A DNA stretch of 64,000 nt from an uncultured Acidobacteriota bacterium (GTDB lineage: Bacteria; Acidobacteriota; Thermoanaerobaculia; Multivoradales; JAHEKO01): positions 553,794 through 617,793 of the forward strand of contig CAVQNG010000003.1 of NCBI GenBank assembly GCA_963713825.1, written 5' to 3'. A program made the translations under genes and the position numbers. How positions within the stretch are numbered: position 1 is the first letter of the stretch; each line of letters starts with the position of its first letter. Below are positions 38,719-47,720 of this stretch, one piece after another. The notes beneath the pieces were generated by a model. The model saw only the letters and a list, made by a program, of their open reading frames with translations. It searched no databases and was not told the DNA's origin.

Positions 38719-39906
38719 TCAACCACCCGTCTCGGCGCGGGTCCGCCGCTGATCTTCTTCCAGCCGTCGCAGGCGATCGAGCAGCTCCTGACGACGATGC
38801 TCCACCTCCGCCTCGTAGTCGATCAGCTTGCCGTTGTTGACGACATAGACCCGAGGATATTTCTGGACGTCGCCCCTCTCGTCGAACTGGATGGTACCGG
38901 CGGCACCCGTGAAGTCACGCAGCGATCGCACGGCGCTCCAGAATTCGTTTGGTATCGCACCGGATCGGCGCAGCGCCTCGGCCAGAACCATCATGGCGTC
39001 GAAGCCGTGCACGGCGTAGAGATTGGGGTCACTGTTGTACTTGGCTCGGTAGCTCTCCACGAAAGCCTTCGTCTCGGGCTCTTCTGAGTCGAGATCGAAG
39101 GCCGCCTGGGTCAGAAAAACGCCCTCTGCTGGCCGCCCCACCTTGGCAATGATCTCTGGCGCAGCAAAGGCCGAGGTCGTGAAGATGGTCTCCTTGTAAC
39201 CCTGGTCGCGCAGATAGCCGATCATCTGGGCCAGGTCGTCGGCATAGGCCGCCAGATAGACCGCGTCCGGCTGTAGGGTCATCACCCTCTCGATGACGCC
39301 GGACAGATCCGAGGACAGGGATGGAAACTCGATGGTCTCGACCACCTCTCCTCCGTGGCGCTCGAACTCCTTCCGAAAGACCTCCTGAATCCCCATGGCG
39401 TACTCACTTTGCTTGGCCAGGACCACGACCCTTTCGGCATTCATCTTCTGGGTCGCGAAGTTGCCCATCGTGGCACCCTCGCGGGCATCCGAAGGAAAAA
39501 CCCGATAGAAATTCTTCGAGATTCCGGTGAGCTGGGGCGTCGAGGCCGACGGCGACATCAGCACTCGATCGTTCTCGTCAGCCACTGCCACCATCGACAG
39601 AGCTTCGGGCGTCGTGACGCCGCCGATCACGGCCAATGCATCCTGTTCATAGAGATCCGCCAGGAGCTGCTTGGCTTTCTCTGGATCGCTCTCGGAATCG
39701 ACCACGACCAGCTCGAGCTCGTAGGGAAAGTCACCCAGCGTCTGGAGCTGCTCGATGGCCAGCTCCACGCCCTTGCGGATCGGCTCTCCGTAGACCGCAG
39801 CCTCCCCAGTCAAAGGCAGCACGGCCCCGAATTTGACCGGCTTGTCCTTTTGGCAGGCGACAACTGTCGAGAGCAGAACGAGCAGGAGAATGCTTTTCTT
39901 CGTCAT
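38719..39906 (-). CDS. Type I periplasmic binding protein (LivJ/Peripla_BP_6-like) lipoprotein with C-terminal coiled-coil tail
   Basis: 395 aa with lipobox VVAC. KFGAVLPLTGEAAVYGEPIRKGVELAIEQ is typical of branched-chain amino-acid-type binding proteins. The extra C-terminal EAEVEHRRQELLDRLRRLEEDQRRTRAE is charged and helical. Confidence 0.75.
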   Translation of the reverse strand: MTKKSILLLVLLSTVVACQKDKPVKFGAVLPLTGEAAVYGEPIRKGVELAIEQLQTLGDFPYELELVVVDSESDPEKAKQLLADLYEQDALAVIGGVTTPEALSMVAVADENDRVLMSPSASTPQLTGISKNFYRVFPSDAREGATMGNFATQKMNAERVVVLAKQSEYAMGIQEVFRKEFERHGGEVVETIEFPSLSSDLSGVIERVMTLQPDAVYLAAYADDLAQMIGYLRDQGYKETIFTTSAFAAPEIIAKVGRPAEGVFLTQAAFDLDSEEPETKAFVESYRAKYNSDPNLYAVHGFDAMMVLAEALRRSGAIPNEFWSAVRSLRDFTGAAGTIQFDERGDVQKYPRVYVVNNGKLIDYEAEVEHRRQELLDRLRRLEEDQRRTRAETGG

Positions 39907-40070
39907 GGTCGATTCACCGGCTTTCCGTTGATTGAACCAAGAACCTTTCTAACCCACGACCTACACACTATCAAGCCATCGCAACCCTACCTCGAAAGAT
40001 TGCCACAGATCGACCTCATACCGCTAGTCGAGGCACCACAAATGTAGAAGAGCTAGAATAGACACCCGCC

Positions 40071-40379
40071 ATGACAAAGACACGGTCTCTCACCATTCGC
40101 TGCCCCGATTGCGACGCCCACCTGGTCATCGATGCTGCCACGGGTGAGATTCTCGCCCACCGCGCCGCCAAGCAACCCTTGGCCGGTGGCAAGGACTTCG
40201 AAACCCTCCTCGAGGACCTCGATCGAGACAAGGACGCGGCCGAGGAGGTCTTCGCTCAAGAGATGGCCGCGATGAAAGACCGGGACCGGCTCCTCGAGGA
40301 GAAGTTCAAGCAAGCCATGGAGCGGGCCAAAGAAGAGCCTGACGACGTACCTCCCCCGCGGCCCTTCGATCTCGACTGA
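40071..40379 (+). CDS. Small hypothetical protein with N-terminal CxxC
   Basis: 102 aa. LTIRCPDCDAHLVID is followed by a charged helical region. Confidence 0.5.
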   Translation: MTKTRSLTIRCPDCDAHLVIDAATGEILAHRAAKQPLAGGKDFETLLEDLDRDKDAAEEVFAQEMAAMKDRDRLLEEKFKQAMERAKEEPDDVPPPRPFDLD

Positions 40380-40406
40380 TCCCCGCAGGTTTTCTGCCCA
40401 GGCCCC

Positions 40407-40799
40407 CTACTGAACTAGGAAGTCCTCGCTTCTGAGGATCGAGATGGCTCGTTGCAGGCTCGCCTCTTTGACGAGTAGGTAGTCCGTGTCGAAGGTGGAG
40501 ATCGCGAACACGCTGACTCCCGCCGTCGCCAGCGGTCTCGTCAGTGAAGCCAGGATTCCCACCTCCGTGAACGCCAGCGGACCCTCGACCATGAGGCAGC
40601 GCCAACCTGTTTCGGCCTCAATCTCGGCGGGAACATTGCCCGCCTCGCAGACGATGGATAGCTCCAGCAGGGTCCGGGTCACCGACGAGAACGTGCCGCG
40701 TTGCGCCCAGTCCGGTACGGCCTCGCAAGCGGACAGGCGACAGACGGCAAAGCTCGGCTCCAGCAGAACCAGGTCGACCGCAGTTCCAGCCATCACCAA
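40407..40799 (-). CDS. ACT domain-containing protein (ACT_7-like)
   Basis: 130 aa. FAVCRL...FSSVTRTLLELSIVCE...WRCLMVEGPLAFTEVGILASLTRPLATAGVSVFAISTFDTDYLLV matches the stand-alone ACT family pattern. Confidence 0.75.
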   Translation of the reverse strand: MVMAGTAVDLVLLEPSFAVCRLSACEAVPDWAQRGTFSSVTRTLLELSIVCEAGNVPAEIEAETGWRCLMVEGPLAFTEVGILASLTRPLATAGVSVFAISTFDTDYLLVKEASLQRAISILRSEDFLVQ

Positions 40800-40806
40800 G
40801 GGCCCT

Positions 40807-41178
40807 TCAAGCTTCGTCCGGCTCCGCCGGGGAATCTCCTTCGGCCAGCGGTCGCAGCAGCTCTTCGGCTTCCCGGGCGCGCCCTTTCTCGACCCGTATG
40901 GTGGCGGCCAAGCCGCGGCCCGACTGGCTGATTCCGGCCCCCCAGCGACCCACCGGTAGAACGCTCAGCGCCTCCTCGCCCTGCACGACACAGGGGATCT
41001 CGGCGGAGGCCAGGAGTGACTTGACCACCGGCAACAGCGAGACATCAGCGGTCTCGAAAACCGGTACCAGATCCGCATCAGGATCCTCGGGGGGCAAAAC
41101 TGCAACCAATTGGACTTCGCAGTCCGGACAGGACTCGATCTCATCTCGATACTCGGCTCGGCAGTCGGGACAATACAT
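40807..41178 (-). CDS. DUF2007-like protein with N-terminal zinc ribbon
   Basis: 123 aa. MYCPDCRAEYRDEIESCPDCEVQLV is followed by the VPVFETADVSLLPVVKSLLASAEIPCVVQGEE pattern. Confidence 0.65.
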   Translation of the reverse strand: MYCPDCRAEYRDEIESCPDCEVQLVAVLPPEDPDADLVPVFETADVSLLPVVKSLLASAEIPCVVQGEEALSVLPVGRWGAGISQSGRGLAATIRVEKGRAREAEELLRPLAEGDSPAEPDEA

Positions 41179-41391
41179 TCGATTCCTCCATGGCCCACCT
41201 GTGACAATTCTCGAAACCGGTGGTTCTCCGGGTGGGCGTTCCTACTCCCGAGACGATATCCCAGATGAGCTCTGCGATATCATTTCAGAGTCCTTGGCAA
41301 CGCGATCCGATACCGCTCGAAGAAGTCCACGACGCCGTTCCAGCATCGGAGTCGGGCCCACTGTCAATGCTCGACTCTCGAGGAGCCACCC

Positions 41392-41988
41392 ATGACACGC
41401 CCCCATTTCAACAAGAGCCTGCCGATCCTGCTTCTCGTCCTCGGAGCCCCTTGGGTAGCTCTCGGTCTTCCTTCTGCACAAGAAGTGCCGTCGGAGGGCG
41501 AGACCACCGAACTCTCGGGCCCTGGCGATCCACAGAGCCATTTGGCGGCCACGGTCGGAGAGTGGGACATGACCATCCACGTTTGGACCAGTCCCAACAG
41601 TGAGCCGGTGGAGACCCGCGGCTCCGCCACCAGTCGCTGGATCCTGGGCGAGAATTTCGTCGAGACCCGGCTCGAGGGTGAGGTGCTGGACAGTGCTTTC
41701 GAAGGACTGAGGGTCGAGGGCTACGATGTCGCTATCGGCGAGTTCGTCAGCACTTGGCGAGACAGCCGAGGAACCTACACGTTGGTCTTCCAGGGCAAGT
41801 GCGATGCCAATTGTGCCATTCGCACCATGACTGCCGACTTCACCGATCCGGTCTCCAAGACCGCGCTCACCATCAAGAGCGTCACCACCATCGTCGACGA
41901 CGACAGCTATCGGTACGAGTCCTACATCGTCACCCCGAGCGGCACCGAGATCAAGAACATGGAGCTCGTGGCGGCCCGCAAACCCTGA
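41392..41988 (+). CDS. DUF1579-like secreted protein
   Basis: 198 aa with a signal peptide. HLAATVGEWDMTIHVW...TSRWILGENFVETRLEGEV matches my memory of DUF1579. Confidence 0.55.
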   Translation: MTRPHFNKSLPILLLVLGAPWVALGLPSAQEVPSEGETTELSGPGDPQSHLAATVGEWDMTIHVWTSPNSEPVETRGSATSRWILGENFVETRLEGEVLDSAFEGLRVEGYDVAIGEFVSTWRDSRGTYTLVFQGKCDANCAIRTMTADFTDPVSKTALTIKSVTTIVDDDSYRYESYIVTPSGTEIKNMELVAARKP

Positions 41989-42046
41989 ACGCGCGCCGGC
42001 AAGCGAATCGAGCCAGCTGGACTTCAAGGCAATCGACGAGGAGCGA

Positions 42047-43339
42047 GTGAAAGAAACAACTCTCACCGCCGCCGACCATTCCTGGCTTCGCCTGCAAGAG
42101 GCTGCCAATCCGATGGCTTCGCTGGCGGTCCTATTCTTCGCCGATGTGCTACCCATCGACGCCCTGAAGGCCCTGGTCGAAGATCGACTGATGTCCTACG
42201 AGCGTTTCCGCCAGAGCATTCAGCCCTCCAGGCTGCCTCGGGCCCGACCCCGGTGGCACGAGGGAGACGACTTCGCTCTCGATCACCATCTGTACCGCGC
42301 CACCCTGTCACCGCAGGGCACGGAGCGAGACCTGGAGACATTTATCGGCCGGCTCCTTTCCGAACCGATGCCAGAGGACCAACCCCTCTGGCAACTTCAT
42401 CTGGTCGAGGAAGTCGCTGGCGGATCGGTGCTGGTGGTAAAGATCCATCAGAGTGTGGCCGACGGCACCTCAGCTTCCAGGATCGTGCTCGGACTGGGCG
42501 ATGTGGAGTCGAGCGAAGGCGCTCCAGAGATCGTCGACCAGGGGCTGGGGAACCACATCGAGACCGAAGAGATCGTCGAGGCCGCCAACCAACCGGGCTC
42601 CACGGTTCGCTCTCTATGCCGTCTGATCGCTCAGCGTTCGGACACCGATTCCCCACTGATGGGCAAGCCGACAAACCCGCGACAGGTGGCCTGGTCGCAG
42701 GGTTTTCCCATACTCAGGCTCAAGAGCTTCGCAACCCGACTGGAGGCCACCGAAACCGAGCTCCTCATCGTCGCGGTTGCAGCGAGCCTTCGGCAGGAGC
42801 TCACGCGACTCAACCTGCTGCCAGAATCGGCGCTCTTGCGCGCGGTTGTACCGTGCAACCTTCGCAGTCCGGATCAGGAACTTCTCGGCAGCCGGTTCAG
42901 CCTGGCAATGCTGCCTCTGCCCGTCGGCAGAACCACCGTCCACTCCCGCCTCCGGAAGCTCCGCCAAGATCTCGAGGAGCTCGGATCCGCACCAGGGTCG
43001 CTGGCCACCTTCCAAGACCCAGGAGATCCCGGATTCCGGATGTCGGAGGTTGAAGATCAGATCACGCGGCAACTCGCCAAGAAGACCACCCTTCTTCTCT
43101 CCTTTGCGCCTCAACCGACGGAGCCACTCTATTTCTGTGGGCAGAGGCTCGAGCATTGGCTCTTCTGGCCCGCCCAGGCCGGCCCGCAGAGACTTTGTTT
43201 CGGGCTGTCGGCGACCTCCGACCAACTCCGTCTCGGAGTCACCGTCGATGCAGGATCAGCCGCCGATCCTCGTCGCCTGACCCAGGCCTTCGACCAGGCT
43301 CTGGCCGAAATCGCCGCAGCTTCCGGCGAGACAACTTGA
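42047..43339 (+). CDS. WS/DGAT-family acyltransferase with variant active-site motif
   Basis: 430 aa with a GTG start. Overall WS/DGAT layout. The catalytic HHxxxDG position reads HQSVADG. Confidence 0.6.
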   Translation: MKETTLTAADHSWLRLQEAANPMASLAVLFFADVLPIDALKALVEDRLMSYERFRQSIQPSRLPRARPRWHEGDDFALDHHLYRATLSPQGTERDLETFIGRLLSEPMPEDQPLWQLHLVEEVAGGSVLVVKIHQSVADGTSASRIVLGLGDVESSEGAPEIVDQGLGNHIETEEIVEAANQPGSTVRSLCRLIAQRSDTDSPLMGKPTNPRQVAWSQGFPILRLKSFATRLEATETELLIVAVAASLRQELTRLNLLPESALLRAVVPCNLRSPDQELLGSRFSLAMLPLPVGRTTVHSRLRKLRQDLEELGSAPGSLATFQDPGDPGFRMSEVEDQITRQLAKKTTLLLSFAPQPTEPLYFCGQRLEHWLFWPAQAGPQRLCFGLSATSDQLRLGVTVDAGSAADPRRLTQAFDQALAEIAAASGETT

Positions 43340-44080
43340 TCAATCGAACGGGTTGGCTTCCCAGGAGCCGTAGCTCGGATTCGGAAAGATGAAGAATCGG
43401 GAGCCGTAGTCACCAAAAGCCTCTGGAGAAGAGAGTCTCGATTCCTGGCTCATTTCGGGGAAGTCGTTGATGTTGTCACCGAGCCACATGACGATCTCGA
43501 CCGGCGGCACGCCAGGTGATGCCGTGCCCCCCTCGATCTTCTCCCAGCGTGGCTCCTTTTCGCGGTCATCAGTGCGGCAGAGCAGAACGTCGAACGGTAT
43601 GTCGGAGGCTTCCAGGTTGGCTCGGGTGTCGGGGCAATCACGATCCCTCCTGTTGGTCACAACGGCGATGTGCCCACCCAACTCCTGAATGAGACCCAGA
43701 AATTCCAGGGCCCCCGGCAAGGGCTCTGCGGCTTGCTTGGCCACCCAGGCCACCCACAGCTCGTCCGTGGAATCCTGACCGAGTTCTACCAGTTCCTTCT
43801 CGTAGTCCAGATTGCTGATCAGGGTCTCGTCGGCGTCCAGTGCGACCGCCCAGGTCCCTGGCTTCTTCCCCTCCACGCTCTTCCTGAGCTCCTGCCCAGC
43901 GAGAGAGTACGTCTGCAGAACGATGGCCTGGAATTCTGCAGAGTTCCGCATCCAATGTACGGCGCGCTTCAGGTCCGAATTGGTCGGGCTGGTGGATTGC
44001 GCGGGCTGTGGCGGAGCGGTCCCGCCTGATGAGCAGGCAACTACAAAAACGCAGCAGGCGAGAGAGGCGAAATGCTTCAT
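43340..44080 (-). CDS. Class B acid phosphatase / lipoprotein e(P4)-family 5'-nucleotidase (HAD)
   Basis: 246 aa with lipobox VVACS. Has WAVALDADETLISN (DxDxT), VTNRRD and WLGDNINDF. Confidence 0.8.
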   Translation of the reverse strand: MKHFASLACCVFVVACSSGGTAPPQPAQSTSPTNSDLKRAVHWMRNSAEFQAIVLQTYSLAGQELRKSVEGKKPGTWAVALDADETLISNLDYEKELVELGQDSTDELWVAWVAKQAAEPLPGALEFLGLIQELGGHIAVVTNRRDRDCPDTRANLEASDIPFDVLLCRTDDREKEPRWEKIEGGTASPGVPPVEIVMWLGDNINDFPEMSQESRLSSPEAFGDYGSRFFIFPNPSYGSWEANPFD

Positions 44081-44174
44081 TGGGGAGACCCTCCGTTCGA
44101 ATCGAAACGCCGATTCTACTAGCTCGGGCGATCCTACGCTCGACCGACGAACTCACGGTACACTGACGACCATC

Positions 44175-44390
44175 ATGAAGACTTGGCTACTCGAGATCCC
44201 GTGGTCACTGCTCATCCTCGCTTGCCTGACCCTCGGCCTGGCACCCTTTGCTCCTCCCCATATCGTGGAGAAGCTGCGCATGCTCTTTCGCGGCACACTG
44301 GTGCGGCCCATCGACTGGCTCGATCTGGTGTTCCACGGAATTCCCTGGCTGCTCCTCATCCTCAAAGCCTGGGCCACCGCCACGAAATAG
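44175..44390 (+). CDS. Small two-TM membrane protein, unknown function
   Basis: 71 aa, MKTWLLEIPWSLLILACLTLGLAPFAPPHIVEKLRMLF...GIPWLLLILKAW. The upstream part of track ORF 43812..44390 is antisense to the phosphatase gene. Confidence 0.5.
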   Translation: MKTWLLEIPWSLLILACLTLGLAPFAPPHIVEKLRMLFRGTLVRPIDWLDLVFHGIPWLLLILKAWATATK

Positions 44391-44395
44391 AGGAC

Positions 44396-44572
44396 AGGGC
44401 GTAGGGGCGTAGGGGCGTAGGGGCGTAGGGGCGTAGAAGACAATACCCAATAGCTCAAGACCTCAGTGCCCCTCAAGCCCCCAAAGGCAGGCCGTAGGAA
44501 CGCCGGCCTCCTCAACCCCCAAGCCCTCAAAGAACGTCGGGCGGTGAGCCGGACGCCTCAACCCTCAAGGTT
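44396..44572. repeat. Intergenic mosaic repeat, family R1 (locus 5) with (GGGGCGTA)n tract
   Basis: About five tandem GGGGCGTA units at 44396-44435. Then CCTCAAGCCCCCAAAGG and CCTCAACCCCCAAGCCCTCAAAG boxes and the hairpin CGGGCGGTGAGCCGGACG. It lies between convergent genes. Confidence 0.8.
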
Positions 44573-46538
44573 CCGAGTCCTCGAGGGGCCGCAAGAGCCT
44601 GAGCCCGTTGAGGACGACCAGAATCGTGCTGCCTTCATGGCCGATGACACCAACGGGTAGCGCCAGGCCGTGGATCAGGTTTACCACCACGAGAATGGCA
44701 ATGACGGCACAGGCGAATGCCAGATTCTGGCGCACGATTCGCTGCGACTTGCGGGCCAATCGAACGGCATAGGGAAGCAGCTTCAGCTCGTCGCGAACCA
44801 GCACCAAATCGGCCGTCTCCAGAGCGGCATCGGTACCGGAGACGCCCATGGCCACACCGACCGTCGCGGCAGCCAAGGCTGGCGCATCGTTGACCCCGTC
44901 GCCCACCATGGCAACCCGCTGCCCTTCTGCCATCATGGCGCGGACGATCGCCACCTTTTCTTCGGGCATCACCTCGGCGTTCCAGTCGTCCACCCCCACG
45001 GCCTCGGCCACCCTTCGGGCCACAACGGGGTTATCGCCGGTCATCATCACCGTTCGATGGGTGCCCAGCCGCTTCAGCTGCTCGATTGCCGACCGCGCTT
45101 CTGGCCGGACCTGATCTTCGATCGCCAGAGCGCCTGAGACCCCATCGCCGGAGAGAAAGACCACGGTTCGGGCTTGCGCCTGCAGAAGCTCGACCTGCTT
45201 CATCTCCTGAGCATCTGGCGCCTGCCCACCCATCTCGATGATGAAGTCCAGGCGGCCAACGGCGATCTCTCGACCCGAGACCTCGGCCACCGCGCCTCGA
45301 CCCCGATGATTCACCAGACCGTGAGCCAAGGGTACCGAGAGGTTCCTCGCCTCCGCTGATTCGACGATTGCACGCCCCAGATGATGTTCCGAAAGGCGCT
45401 CCACCGCAGCCGCCCACCTCAGAACGTCGTCAGCTGCTGACTTCCCGAATGGCACAACAGAGGTCACCACGGGGTGACCTCCGGTGAGGGTGCCCGTCTT
45501 GTCGAAGGCAAAGCTGTCGATAGAGGCTAACTCCTCCAGGGGCGATCCGCCTTTGAAGAGTAGCCCCTTGCGAGCGGCATGTCCGAGGGCCGCCAGAATC
45601 GTGGCCGGGGTCGAGATGACCACGGCACAAGGTGACGCCACGACCAGGAGTGTCATGGCACGATAGAACGCCGGCCGAAACGCCTCACCGAGGGCAACCG
45701 GCAAGACCACCGCAACAGCCGCCGCGAAGATCACCGTCGCTGCATAACCCTGCTCGAATCGATCGATGAACCTCTGGGTCGGAGCTTTGGCCTCGCGCGC
45801 TTCCTCCACCAACTCGATGATGCGGGCCAACGTCGACTCCGAAGCTCGCCGCTCGACCGAGACTTCGGCCGTCCCACCCACGTTGATGGAGCCGGCAAAG
45901 ACCCGATCTCCTGGCCCCTTGGGCTCCGGTGTGGACTCCCCCGTGATGGCGGCCTGGTCCGCTGCCGTATGGCCCGAGACGACCTGGCCATCGACCGGAA
46001 TGCGCTCGCCCGGCCGAATTCTGACGATCTGTCCAGGCTCGAGCTCCTCTGCCGCCACCTTTTTCTCGCTACCGTCCGGTGCCAGCAGCATGGCCTCGTC
46101 CGGCCGCAACTCCATGAGCGACTCGATCGCGCGCGTGGTGCGCCGCAAGGCTCGCGTCTCTAGTGCGTTGGAGAGCGAGAAGAGAAAGAGCAGCGCCGCT
46201 CCCTCGGCGTACTCACCGATGCTTGCTGCACCGAGCGCGGAAAGCAGCATCAGCAGGTCGATGTCGAGGCGCCTGTCCTTCAAGCTCTGAATCGAGCGCC
46301 CGAGGCTGAAGGCACCACCCGCAGCATAGGCTGCCGCAAAAGCCAACATCTCGGCCCACCGGGGCCACCCAAACAGGTCCGGGCCGAGCCATCCAACGAG
46401 CGCCAACGCGCCGCAGACCACCGGTGTCCAGATGGGTTCTTTGCCGTCCGCCAGGGCCTGAACCCAGGCGGGAAGAGCCTCCTGTTGACCTTGTCTTGGA
46501 GTGCTCATGAATCGAGAAGGGACGCGCCAGCTTGCCAT
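44565..46538 (-). CDS. P1B-type heavy-metal-translocating ATPase with SPC motif and no N-terminal metal-binding domain
   Basis: Has DKTGTLT, TGDN, VGDGVNDAPAL and a TM6 motif ASPCAV (SPC rather than CPC). There is no CxxC ferredoxin-like domain. The start could instead be the second Met at 46508. Confidence 0.85.
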   Translation of the reverse strand: MASWRVPSRFMSTPRQGQQEALPAWVQALADGKEPIWTPVVCGALALVGWLGPDLFGWPRWAEMLAFAAAYAAGGAFSLGRSIQSLKDRRLDIDLLMLLSALGAASIGEYAEGAALLFLFSLSNALETRALRRTTRAIESLMELRPDEAMLLAPDGSEKKVAAEELEPGQIVRIRPGERIPVDGQVVSGHTAADQAAITGESTPEPKGPGDRVFAGSINVGGTAEVSVERRASESTLARIIELVEEAREAKAPTQRFIDRFEQGYAATVIFAAAVAVVLPVALGEAFRPAFYRAMTLLVVASPCAVVISTPATILAALGHAARKGLLFKGGSPLEELASIDSFAFDKTGTLTGGHPVVTSVVPFGKSAADDVLRWAAAVERLSEHHLGRAIVESAEARNLSVPLAHGLVNHRGRGAVAEVSGREIAVGRLDFIIEMGGQAPDAQEMKQVELLQAQARTVVFLSGDGVSGALAIEDQVRPEARSAIEQLKRLGTHRTVMMTGDNPVVARRVAEAVGVDDWNAEVMPEEKVAIVRAMMAEGQRVAMVGDGVNDAPALAAATVGVAMGVSGTDAALETADLVLVRDELKLLPYAVRLARKSQRIVRQNLAFACAVIAILVVVNLIHGLALPVGVIGHEGSTILVVLNGLRLLRPLEDSEP

Positions 46539-46630
46539 TCTAGCTCGCAGGCTCCGATCTGCAGGTCGAACCGACGCCGACTCGACCCGGGGCCCCGAGT
46601 CTGATTAACTCCCATCACGAACTCTCGAGC

Positions 46631-47506
46631 ATGACGACCTACCTCATCGATGCGAGTCCGTACATCTTTCGGGCTCACTTCTCCATGCCTTCGTCCCTTG
46701 TGGACCCGGAAGGCCGGCCGGCGGGTGCCACCTACGGATTCGCCTCCTTCCTTCTCAAGCTCCTCGCCGAAGAGCAACCCAGCCATCTGGCCGTGGCTTT
46801 CGATGGCAGCCTGACCACGAGTTTTCGCAACGAGCTCTACCCGGAGTACAAGGCCAAAAGGGAGACTCCACCAAAAGAGCTGGTGAGCCAACTGGAAGCC
46901 TGCCGCCGTGTGGCGGAGTGCTTGGGGATGGCGACCTTTATTGACCAGTCCTACGAGGCCGACGATCTGATCGGTACCCTGGTGGATCGGGTAACCGGCA
47001 GCGACCAGGCGGCTGTCATCGTGACCTCTGACAAGGACCTGGCGCAGCTCGTCTCCGAGGATGTCACCCTTTTGGACTTCGCTCGGGATGCCCGCTATTC
47101 GATCCCAGCGGTGCAGGAGAAGTTCGGTGTGCGACCCGATCAGATTGTCGATCTTCTGGCCCTGGCCGGCGACGCCGTGGACAACATCCCGGGTGTGCGG
47201 GGAATCGGTGGCAAGACCGCGGTTGCCCTGCTGCAATCGTTCGGCGATTTGGAGACTCTGTACGAGCGCCTGGACGAAGTCGAGGAGCTCCCCATTCGCG
47301 GCGCCGCTTCGGTGCGCGCCAAGCTCGAGGTCGGTCGCAACATGGCCTTTCTCTCGCAGGAGCTCGCCACCGTCGACTGTCGGATCGCCCTCGAAGTGAG
47401 ACTCGAAGACCTGGCCTATGTCGGTGCCGACCGAGATTGTATCGAGACGCTATTCCGGGAGCTCGGCTTCGAACGCATCCGCCAGCGAATCAAGATATGG
47501 GCTTGA
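46631..47506 (+). CDS. Stand-alone 5'-3' exonuclease (FEN / Pol I N-terminal-like)
   Basis: 291 aa with YLIDASPYIFRAHF, VAFDG...FRNELYPEYKAKR, YEADDLIGT, TSDKDLAQL and the H3TH segment GDAVDNIPGVRGIGGKTA. Confidence 0.85.
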   Translation: MTTYLIDASPYIFRAHFSMPSSLVDPEGRPAGATYGFASFLLKLLAEEQPSHLAVAFDGSLTTSFRNELYPEYKAKRETPPKELVSQLEACRRVAECLGMATFIDQSYEADDLIGTLVDRVTGSDQAAVIVTSDKDLAQLVSEDVTLLDFARDARYSIPAVQEKFGVRPDQIVDLLALAGDAVDNIPGVRGIGGKTAVALLQSFGDLETLYERLDEVEELPIRGAASVRAKLEVGRNMAFLSQELATVDCRIALEVRLEDLAYVGADRDCIETLFRELGFERIRQRIKIWA

Positions 47507-47720
47507 GATCACTGCGGCTAGAGCCAAGGGCTCTTGTGCACAGGCTCCTGAGGTAGACTTTCCACCTCTTGTCGAAGAAGCGAGACCGATCCTGCCTCGA
47601 CAAGGTCGGAGCACCTTCTCGAGGGTTGGCAGCGCTGACCGGTGGCGGGTTTCTCTCTCGTTTTCGTAAAGGATGAGTAGAACACCAAGTATCCAGGCCC
47701 TCGAAGGAGAAACAACAGAA

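Noticed and set aside
44153-44530. 125-aa minus ORF, and similar ORFs giving PLRPYAPTPLRP-type peptides
   Set aside because: This is a translation of the (GGGGCGTA)n and R1 repeat modules. The same peptides arise wherever the repeat occurs, so it is not a gene.
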